The position numbers and the translations under genes are program-made. 64,000 nt of DNA from Pseudomonadota bacterium (GTDB lineage Bacteria; Pseudomonadota; Gammaproteobacteria; Burkholderiales; Casimicrobiaceae), in the NCBI GenBank assembly GCA_018241745.1, contig JAFEDG010000140.1:15098-79097 (forward strand), given 5' to 3'. Below are positions 55,161-64,000 of this stretch, piece after piece (the first letter of the stretch is position 1; each line of letters begins with the position of its first letter). The notes under the pieces were generated by a model. The model was not told the DNA's origin. It did no database searches and worked only from the letters and a program-made list of their open reading frames with translations.

Positions 55161-55186
55161 GTCGGACTCCCTGTCGATGAGAAGGA

Positions 55187-56005
55187 TCAGCGCGCCGCCT
55201 GCTGCACGGCGACGTGCATCTGTGCCACCGGATAGCCGGCCGCGCCGAACGTCGCACGGATGACCTTGTTGGTGTCGAAATACACCTGCCAGTAATGCGC
55301 GTTGTTCACGTACGGGCGCACGGCGAGCACCGGGCCGCGCTCGTTGAACGTGAGGATCGAGACGTCGGGCGCCGGATCCTTCTCGACGTTGGGGATCGCA
55401 GCGAGCGCGGTCTTCAGCCGTGCGACCGCATCGTCGGGGTCGACGCTGTGGTCGAGCTGCGCGGTGAGTTCCACGCGGCGCCACGGATTGATCGAGAAGT
55501 TCTTGATCGTGCCGCCCATGACCTTCGCATTGCCGACCATCGTGTGCACGTTGTCCGGCGTGTCGATGCCGGTGGTGAACACGCCGATGGCACGCACCGT
55601 ACCTTCGACGTCGCCGGCCAGCACGTAGTCGCCCACCTTGAACGGGCGCAGCACGAGGATGAACGCGCCGGCCGCGAAGTTGGACAGCAGGCCGCCCCAG
55701 GCGGCGCCGACGGCGATGCCCAGCGCGGCGATCAGCGCCGCGAACGACGTGGTCTCGACGCCGAAGTAACCCAGGATCCCGATGACGAGCAGGATGTTGA
55801 GCGCGATCGATACCGTGTTGCCGAGGTAACGGATGATCGTGGGCTCGATCTTCTGTCGCTCGAGCGCGCGCGTAAGCAGCGCGGTGACCAGGCCGATCAA
55901 CCAGCGGCCGACGATGTAGATGACGATCGCGCCGGCGATCTTGAGCGCGACGGCGATCAGGATGGGCTTGGACGTCGCCCAGAAGCTCGTGAGCTGGGTT
56001 TCCAT
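55187..56005 (-). CDS. small-conductance mechanosensitive channel (MscS family)
   Basis: Three TM helices are followed by LRPFKVGDYV...GTVRAIGVFTTGIDTPDN. Length 272 aa. Confidence 0.85.
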   Translation of the reverse strand: METQLTSFWATSKPILIAVALKIAGAIVIYIVGRWLIGLVTALLTRALERQKIEPTIIRYLGNTVSIALNILLVIGILGYFGVETTSFAALIAALGIAVGAAWGGLLSNFAAGAFILVLRPFKVGDYVLAGDVEGTVRAIGVFTTGIDTPDNVHTMVGNAKVMGGTIKNFSINPWRRVELTAQLDHSVDPDDAVARLKTALAAIPNVEKDPAPDVSILTFNERGPVLAVRPYVNNAHYWQVYFDTNKVIRATFGAAGYPVAQMHVAVQQAAR

Positions 56006-56059
56006 GGAAGGGGGTCTTGGTCTTGTCGGCGGTGGACGTTGCGGCGCGCGGCCGGCCGG

Positions 56060-56521
56060 TCAGGGACGGATGTAGGTCCAGCCCTGTTGCTGCTTCTGCA
56101 TCAGCTCGACGACGCCGGCCTTGGCATAGCTGATGTTGTTGAGCATGTCCGTCTTGGTGAGCTTCTGGCCGTGCATCGTGTTCTCGCACGCGACGAAGCG
56201 GACACCCGCGTCGATCGACTGGTCGACGCGTCCCGCCACCGGCGAATCCATCTTCAGCATGCCGATGCCCGGGCCGTAGGCGACGATCTCGATGGCCACG
56301 TTCTGCGCGCCGAGGTCCGCCTGTACGTTGGTCGCGTTGTTGAGCGCGAGATTCCACTTGGCCGGATCAGCGTCGCTGACCTGGATCACGAGCTTGTTCG
56401 GAGGCAGCGGCTTGGCGGGCGCGGCCCCCTGCGCGAGCGCGAGCGGTGCGGAGGCGAGGCCAAGGACGAAGGCGGCAACCCACGGCAGGCGGGTGGCGCG
56501 GACGATGCGCAGCGTGTTCAT
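56060..56521 (-). CDS. secreted DsrE/DsrF-like family protein
   Basis: In-frame ATG 56521 with a signal peptide ending LALA. The pattern is LVIQVSDADPAKWNLALNNATNV...IEIVAYGPGIGML...FVACENTM. Confidence 0.6.
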   Translation of the reverse strand: MNTLRIVRATRLPWVAAFVLGLASAPLALAQGAAPAKPLPPNKLVIQVSDADPAKWNLALNNATNVQADLGAQNVAIEIVAYGPGIGMLKMDSPVAGRVDQSIDAGVRFVACENTMHGQKLTKTDMLNNISYAKAGVVELMQKQQQGWTYIRP

Positions 56522-56617
56522 GGGGGCTCCCGTAAAACCGGCGGGGGACGAGTGTAACGCAGCGTGGAGCCCTCTGCTATCGTGCACCATTTCCGCTACG
56601 CTGCCACGGACCCGACC

Positions 56618-57472
56618 ATGCAAACCGACGACCTGAGCCTCGCGCTGTTCTGCGATTTCGAGAACATCGCACTCGGCGTGCGCGACGCCAAGTACGACAA
56701 GTTCGACATCGGCAAGATCCTCGAGCGGCTGCTGCTCAAGGGCTCGATCGTCGTCAAGAAGGCCTACTGCGACTGGGAGCGCTACAAGAGCTTCAAGGGT
56801 CCGATGCACGAGGCCAACTTCGAGCTGATCGAGATCCCGCACGTCCGCCAGTCCGGCAAGAATTCGGCCGACATCCGGATGGTCGTCGACGCGCTGGACC
56901 TCTGCTACATGAAGTCGCACGTCGACACGTTCGTCATCATCAGCGGCGATTCCGACTTCTCGCCGCTCGTGTCCAAGCTGCGCGAGAACGCCAAGCGCGT
57001 GATCGGCGTCGGCGTCAAGAACTCGACGTCCGACCTGCTGATCGCGTGCTGCGACGAGTTCATCTATTACGACGACCTCGTCCGCGAGAAGAAAAAGGCC
57101 GCGCCGCGCCGTGCCGCGAAGGGCGCGACGACCAGGGCCACGAAGGGCGGCGCCGCGACGTCGAAAAAGGCGGACGACGACGTGCCGGCGGGTACCGAGC
57201 CACGCAGTGATGACGAGCGGCGGCAGTCGGCGCTCGACGCGGTGATCGATACGCTGGAGGCCCTCGTGTCCGAGCGCGGCGGCGACGAGCGCATCTGGGG
57301 CTCGATGATCAAGCAGGCGCTGAAGCGGCGCAGCCCGGGCTTCAACGAGGCGTTCTACGGCTATCGCTCGTTCAACGAGCTGCTCGAGGACGCGCGCGCC
57401 GCGGGACTCGTGTCGCTGGAAGCCGACGACAAGTCGGGTGGGTACGTCGTCAGGCTTTCCGCCGTCGACTGA
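56618..57472 (+). CDS. NYN (LabA-like) nuclease-domain protein with C-terminal OST-HTH/LOTUS domain
   Basis: ATG 56618 lies inside ORF 56564..57472. The NYN core is ALFCDFENI...GKNSADIRMVVDALD...FVIISGDSDFSPLVSKLRE. A Lys/Ala-rich linker follows, then the LOTUS-like region GSMIKQALKRRSPGFNEAFYGYRSFNELLEDA. Confidence 0.8.
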   Translation: MQTDDLSLALFCDFENIALGVRDAKYDKFDIGKILERLLLKGSIVVKKAYCDWERYKSFKGPMHEANFELIEIPHVRQSGKNSADIRMVVDALDLCYMKSHVDTFVIISGDSDFSPLVSKLRENAKRVIGVGVKNSTSDLLIACCDEFIYYDDLVREKKKAAPRRAAKGATTRATKGGAATSKKADDDVPAGTEPRSDDERRQSALDAVIDTLEALVSERGGDERIWGSMIKQALKRRSPGFNEAFYGYRSFNELLEDARAAGLVSLEADDKSGGYVVRLSAVD

Positions 57473-58409
57473 CGCTGCGCGTGGCTCGCGCGGCGCGGGC
57501 TTGTCGCGGCACCGGTGCCGCCGGGTCGGGCGGGGCCCCGACGCCCAGCAGCGCCGCGAGGCGGCGCGCATTGTCGGGCGCGTGCACCTTGTCCGTGTTG
57601 TCGAAATAGCAGAACACGTCGCGCGCCGCACGCCGGGCGGGCGCCGCTCCCACGCGCACTGCGCCTTCCACCTCCCCGCCGCCGCGCCACGCCGCGATGC
57701 GGCGCGCCCATTCGGCGAGCGCCGCGTCGTCGTAGCGGCTGCGATACAGCTCCGTGGCACCGTGCAGGCGGACGTAGACGAAGCTGGCGGTGACATCCTG
57801 CAGCTCGGGCCAGCGGCCGCCGGTATCGGCGACGACCCAGGCGATGCCATGCCGGCGCAGGAGGTGCATCACCGCCGGGGAGGCAAACGTCGGATGACGC
57901 GCTTCGAGCGCGTGACGCAATGGCCGCGCATCGCCGAAGCGCAGCGACGGCGTGTCGACGCGTTCGTCGTGGCGCCGGGCGAGCCGTGCCGCCGCGCGCG
58001 TGTCCATCGGCAGCAATGCGAGGAACGCGGCAAGTGTCGGCGCGTCGAACGCAAGGTTGGGCGGCAGTTGCCACAGGATCGGCCCTAGCTTCGGCCCCAG
58101 CCGCCCGATGCCGGACGCAAAGAAATTGGCGAGCGGACCCTCGACATCACGCAACCGCTTGACGTGCGTGATGAACTTGGGCCCTTTCACGGAAAACACG
58201 AAGCCCGCGGGCGTCGCGTCGTGCCAGGCTTGCCAGCTGGCGGCGCGCTGCAGCGAATAGAACGAACCGTTGATCTCGAGCGTGGTCAGCTGGCGCGATG
58301 CGTAGGCAAGCTCGTCGCGCTGGACCAGTCCGGCGGGGTAGAACGTACTGCGCCACGGGGGATAGCGCCACCCGGAAACGCCGATGCGCACGCTGCCTGC
58401 TCGAGCCAT
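57450..58409 (-). CDS. DUF72 (YecE-like) family protein
   Basis: The N-terminus is IGVSGWRYPPWRSTFYPAGL...LEINGSFYSL. Its 3' end overlaps the convergent NYN gene by 23 nt. Confidence 0.85.
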   Translation of the reverse strand: MARAGSVRIGVSGWRYPPWRSTFYPAGLVQRDELAYASRQLTTLEINGSFYSLQRAASWQAWHDATPAGFVFSVKGPKFITHVKRLRDVEGPLANFFASGIGRLGPKLGPILWQLPPNLAFDAPTLAAFLALLPMDTRAAARLARRHDERVDTPSLRFGDARPLRHALEARHPTFASPAVMHLLRRHGIAWVVADTGGRWPELQDVTASFVYVRLHGATELYRSRYDDAALAEWARRIAAWRGGGEVEGAVRVGAAPARRAARDVFCYFDNTDKVHAPDNARRLAALLGVGAPPDPAAPVPRQARAARATRSVSRRRKA

Positions 58410-58454
58410 GCACGATTGTGCGCGCGTGCGGCGCGCGGCCGGTTGCGTGCGCGC

Positions 58455-59786
58455 TCAACGCGGAAGCCGGGCACGCGCGGGGCGCGGGCGGGCGTCCCGC
58501 CTGATCGATGCACTGACGCCGATCGCGCCAGGCAGCCCCACCAGCACCCAGGAAATCGCGTCGAGCCAGCCATCGCCGGCCAACGCGACGACGAGCCCCA
58601 CCGTGCTCGCCGTCCCGGCGACGAGCGGCCACGTCCACACCCAGCCGCGACGTCGCGGCTGCCGCCCGTAGTCGCGGTCGAGGACCGCCACGCGCGTCCC
58701 GCGCCGCTTGGCGAGCCACAGGTAGATGCCGCTGCCGAGCACGACGATCGCGACGACGTCGAGCAGCGCCCAGAGGACCTTGAGCGGCGTGCCGCCGTAG
58801 TCACCGAAATGCAGCGGCTGCGAGAGCAGCAGTGCCGACACGTACCAGGGGAGATCGCGGGAATCGGTGAGGTCGCCGGTGCGCGCGTCGACCAGCGCGG
58901 GCTTCAGTAGCCGGGACGTCAGCGGCGTCGTGCCGTGCATGAAGACGGCATAGTGATGCGGGCTCGCGAACGGCGTGCCGGGAAACGCGACGAACGCGAA
59001 CGTCCGCCCCGGCATCGCACGCTCGGCGGTGTCGAGCGCATGCTGCAGCGAACCGACCTCGCCCGGTGCGAGCGGCGGCTGCCCCCGGTAAGGTGCGGTC
59101 ATCGCGGCCATCTGGTCGTACTGCCAGTACTTGACGACGAGGTCGGCCCACGTGTTGACGACGCCGGTGAACCCGACGACGCAAACCCATGCCACCGTCA
59201 CGATGCCCAGCACGTTGTGCAGGTCGAGCCAGTAGAGCCGTCGCGTGCGTCGCCGCACCGTTGCGAAGGCGAGCTTGCGCATGTAGGGCTTGTAGACGAC
59301 CACGCCCGACACGATGGACGCGATGAACACGAGCCCCATCAAGCCGAGGAACAGCTTGCCGGGCAGGCCGGCGAACATGTCCGTGTGCAGCGTCAGCAGG
59401 ACGTACATGACGCCGCTCTGGAAATCGGGCTCGGCGAGAACCTGGGCCGTCCGGTTGTCGATGACCAGGAACTTGAGCCCTTCCTGTGTGACTGGATCCC
59501 TGCCCATCGTCGCGCCGACGACGTCGGGATTGTCGTCGTCCGGGTACATGTACTGGATCACGTAGCCCGGTTGCTTCGCCTGGGCCGCCGACACGATGCG
59601 GTCCAGGCTCGCGCGTGGCGTCGACGCCGGCATCGGCGGCACGTCGTAGGCGCGCGTGGCCGCCCCGATCTCCTCATGGAAGATCAGCGGCAGGCCGGTG
59701 ATGCACAGGAACAGCATGAACACCATGCAGACGAGGCTCGTCCACGTGTGGGTCCACGTCCAGCGGCGAAGTGCGCGGGGCGTCAT
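58455..59786 (-). CDS. PepSY-associated TM-helix protein (PiuB-like)
   Basis: The N-terminus is LRRWTWTHTWTSLVCMVFMLFLCITGLPLIFHEEI. TM segments flank two periplasmic regions. Length 443 aa. Confidence 0.8.
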   Translation of the reverse strand: MTPRALRRWTWTHTWTSLVCMVFMLFLCITGLPLIFHEEIGAATRAYDVPPMPASTPRASLDRIVSAAQAKQPGYVIQYMYPDDDNPDVVGATMGRDPVTQEGLKFLVIDNRTAQVLAEPDFQSGVMYVLLTLHTDMFAGLPGKLFLGLMGLVFIASIVSGVVVYKPYMRKLAFATVRRRTRRLYWLDLHNVLGIVTVAWVCVVGFTGVVNTWADLVVKYWQYDQMAAMTAPYRGQPPLAPGEVGSLQHALDTAERAMPGRTFAFVAFPGTPFASPHHYAVFMHGTTPLTSRLLKPALVDARTGDLTDSRDLPWYVSALLLSQPLHFGDYGGTPLKVLWALLDVVAIVVLGSGIYLWLAKRRGTRVAVLDRDYGRQPRRRGWVWTWPLVAGTASTVGLVVALAGDGWLDAISWVLVGLPGAIGVSASIRRDARPRPARARLPR

Positions 59787-59830
59787 TCAATGAATAAGAA
59801 TGATTCGTGTTCAGCATAATACCCGAGAAC
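59787..59830. promoter_or_regulatory. AT-rich divergent promoter island between the PepSY gene and maiA-like gene
   Basis: TCAATGAATAAGAATGATTCGTGTTCAGCATAATACC is a sharp AT-rich patch in a roughly 70 % GC background. It abuts the PepSY ATG. -10-like hexamers are present on both strands (CATAAT / TATTAT). Confidence 0.4.
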
Positions 59831-59932
59831 CTGCTGCAGCGAACATGTGGACCCGGGACGGCCGGCGGGACGGCGAACGTGACGCGGGTGCCCTCTTGCT
59901 TCCCGTCGCTCGCAAGCCGACGATCACGTCCC

Positions 59933-60556
59933 ATGACTGCGCTGCATCAGGCCGCGACGTCGTCCGCGTCGTGGCGCGTGCGTATCGCGCTCGCGCTGAA
60001 GGGCATTGCCTACGAGACGCGCTGGTTGTCGCTCGAACGCGACGAGAACCTCGCGCCGGGCTACGTCGAGCTCAACCCGGTGCAGCAGGTGCCCTGCCTC
60101 GCCATCGACGGCCTCATGCTGACCCAATCGGTCGCGATCGTCGAGTACCTCGACGAGACGCGGCCGGATCCCCCGTTGCTGCCGGTGTCCGCGGCCGACC
60201 GCGCGTACGTGCGCACGGTGGTTGAGATCGTGAACTCCGGCATCCAGCCCATGCACAATCGCGCCGTTCGTCGCGCGCTGGTCGAGCGATACGGCGCGGA
60301 GGACGATGCGCGCGCGTGGTCGCGGTACTGGATCGAACGTCGTCTCGCAGCGCTGGAGCGCGTCGTCGCATCCCGCGCGGGCCGGTACTGCCTGGGGGAC
60401 ACCGTGACCAGCGCCGACGTGTTCGTTTACCCGCAGTTGATGACGGCCGCGCGCTTTGCCGTGGACACGACACCGCTGCCGGTGCTGCTCGGCATCGCGG
60501 AGCGACTGCGGATGCTGCCCGCGTTCCGGGACAGTCATCCGCCCATGGGAGGATGA
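59933..60556 (+). CDS. maiA: zeta-class glutathione S-transferase / maleylacetoacetate isomerase-like
   Basis: In-frame ATG 59933. The zeta-class signature is SSASWRVRIALALKGI, followed by LNPVQQVPCL and QSVAIVEYLDE. Confidence 0.8.
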   Translation: MTALHQAATSSASWRVRIALALKGIAYETRWLSLERDENLAPGYVELNPVQQVPCLAIDGLMLTQSVAIVEYLDETRPDPPLLPVSAADRAYVRTVVEIVNSGIQPMHNRAVRRALVERYGAEDDARAWSRYWIERRLAALERVVASRAGRYCLGDTVTSADVFVYPQLMTAARFAVDTTPLPVLLGIAERLRMLPAFRDSHPPMGG

Positions 60557-60557
60557 G

Positions 60558-61778
60558 TTGACCGTGCTCTACGACCCGGCACGCCACGAACCGTTGCAGG
60601 CTCGGCCTTGGGACGCGGACCTGGCGCGGGACACGATACGGCACATCGTGCGCGACACGGAAGACCGATTCTCGGCGGATCGCTACTGGCCGCTCCATCC
60701 GCGCGACGCGAACGGCGACGAGGGGCCCGACCCGGTCGCCACGCCTCTCTATTACGGGGCCGCCGGCGTGATCTGGGCTCTGCACTACCTGCAAGCGGTG
60801 GGTGCCACCCGGCTTTCGCGCAGCTATTTCGACGACCTCGAGCGCCTGCTCGCGAGCAACCGCGCCTGGCTGCACGCTGCGGGAAGCCAGGACCACGCTT
60901 CGTACTTGATGGGCGACACCCCCATCGAGCTGATGGCCTACGGCAACCGGCCCGACGCGGCACGCGCGGATCGGCTGGCCGCGCTCATCGCAGGCAACGT
61001 CGACCATCCAACGCGCGAATTGATGTGGGGTTCTCCGGGCACGCTGCTGGCAGCGTTGTTCCTGCACGAACGCGATGGCGACGCACGCTGGGCAGACCTG
61101 TTCAGGCAGACCGCGGCGAAGCTATGGTCGCAGCTGCTGTGGTCGAACGAGCAAGAGTGCCATTACTGGACGCAGGACTTGTATGGCATCGAGTCCACGT
61201 ACCTCGACGCCGTCCACGGCTTCGTGGCCACGGCCTTGCCGCTGGTTCGCGGTCGCCACCTGTTGCGCGCGAGCGAGTGGGGAGCGTGGCGGGCCTGCAT
61301 CGTCAACACGATCAGGAAGACAGCCACTCAGCACGGCGACCAGGCCAACTGGCCCACGCAACTGATACGACCGGAAGACCGTCCGTCGCGGGCGCTGATG
61401 CAGTACTGCCACGGCGCCCCGGGATTCGTCGTGTGCCTGGGCGATTTCCCAGGCGACGACCTGGACGACCTGCTGCTGGCGGGCGGCCGCGCGGTGTGGG
61501 CCGCGGGACCGTTGACGAAGGGCTCGAACCTCTGCCACGGCACCGGGGGTAACGGCTACGCGTTCCTGAAGCTGTATCAGCGCACCCAGGACCCACGGTG
61601 GCTGGAGCGTGCTCGCGCATTTGCGATGCACGGGATCGCGCAGACCCAGGCGGACGCAGTGCTCCATGGCCAGATGCGGTACTCGCTGTGGACCGGCGAC
61701 CCAGGATTCGCGATCTACCTGTGGGATTGCATGCGCGGGGAAGCGAGCTTTCCCACGCTGGACGTGTTCTACGCGTAA
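60558..61778 (+). CDS. stand-alone LanC-like (lanthionine synthetase C family) protein
   Basis: The start is TTG 60558, or GTG 60564, just after the GST stop and GGGAGGA. Repeated GxxG helices are present. The LanC zinc/acid-base residues are visible: AVHGF, YCHGAPGF and NLCHGTGGNGYAFL. Confidence 0.8.
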   Translation: MTVLYDPARHEPLQARPWDADLARDTIRHIVRDTEDRFSADRYWPLHPRDANGDEGPDPVATPLYYGAAGVIWALHYLQAVGATRLSRSYFDDLERLLASNRAWLHAAGSQDHASYLMGDTPIELMAYGNRPDAARADRLAALIAGNVDHPTRELMWGSPGTLLAALFLHERDGDARWADLFRQTAAKLWSQLLWSNEQECHYWTQDLYGIESTYLDAVHGFVATALPLVRGRHLLRASEWGAWRACIVNTIRKTATQHGDQANWPTQLIRPEDRPSRALMQYCHGAPGFVVCLGDFPGDDLDDLLLAGGRAVWAAGPLTKGSNLCHGTGGNGYAFLKLYQRTQDPRWLERARAFAMHGIAQTQADAVLHGQMRYSLWTGDPGFAIYLWDCMRGEASFPTLDVFYA

Positions 61779-61816
61779 GACCGCGGATCGGGGCGCGAGC
61801 GCCGCGCGTTCCGGCG

Positions 61817-63859
<2,043 letters not shown>

Positions 63860-64000
63860 CAGCCGGGTAAGGTACTCCGAAACGCCATGCCGGGCAAATT
63901 CCGGCGAGCAGGCCGGATCTCGCCAAGCGGAAAATTCACGGTGAACGGCCGTTGCGTTGGCCACGGCAGGCGCTCACCATACGGAACGGGGCGCCGCCAG

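Noticed and set aside
60456-60557. I considered the longer version of the LanC-like ORF, which starts at TTG 60456 and overlaps the GST gene by 100 nt.
   Set aside because: The extra N-terminal residues (MPWTRHRCRCCSASRSDCGCCPRSG...) are Arg/Cys-rich out-of-frame read-through of the GST coding sequence. A start just after the GST stop, behind GGGAGGA, is far more plausible.

Overview
This is a high-GC (about 68-70 % by eye) chromosomal segment. Its gene content and strong GC3 codon bias look betaproteobacterial (Burkholderiales-like), but I cannot name the taxon from the sequence alone. I support about 60 genes, almost all chromosomal housekeeping or metabolic.

Layout in order:
- 61-7919: an acyl-CoA module (CoA-transferase, acyl-CoA ligase, crotonase) fused to a Liv-type ABC importer.
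- 7930-12100: a small patchy region around tRNA-Lys(CUU). It holds a secreted thioredoxin-fold protein, a hemA 3' remnant, a Lar-like Zn-ribbon gene, DUF3309, several small ORFs and two VOC/glyoxalase-fold genes.
- purU and an EamA transporter.
- 14463-20837: an exported M16 peptidase, then an ATGA-coupled operon of CHASE2-adenylate cyclase, SH3-like protein and M48 lipoprotein protease.
- dedA, the fused isobutyryl-CoA mutase icmF, and a DUF1127/LysR module.
- ClC channel and aldo-keto reductase, then an ArgB-like kinase with substituted catalytic lysines and a trypsin-fold/PDZ protein lacking the catalytic His.
- An AcrAB/OprM-type RND efflux operon with an AcrR-type repressor and operator.
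- hbd and an MhpD-like hydratase.
- 39258-49217: a Crp / acyl-CoA ligase / Liv-type ABC / PaaK-like ligase / Crp cluster.
- gabD, EamA and uppP, an orphan membrane-anchored TAXI protein, and YidB-MscS-DsrE-like genes.
- An NYN+LOTUS protein, DUF72 and a PepSY membrane protein.
- A zeta-GST (maiA-like) coupled to a stand-alone LanC-like protein.
- thiC with a TPP riboswitch.

I saw no rRNA, CRISPR array, transposase or integrase.

The most system-like unexplained module is the CHASE2-cyclase / SH3 / M48 (+M16) envelope operon. Next are the GST-zeta/LanC-like pair and the divergent pair of catalytically degenerate enzyme homologues at 28798-30819.

All family calls come from reading motifs in the supplied translations; no searches were run. 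Internal start codons were chosen by eye and may be off by a few codons.
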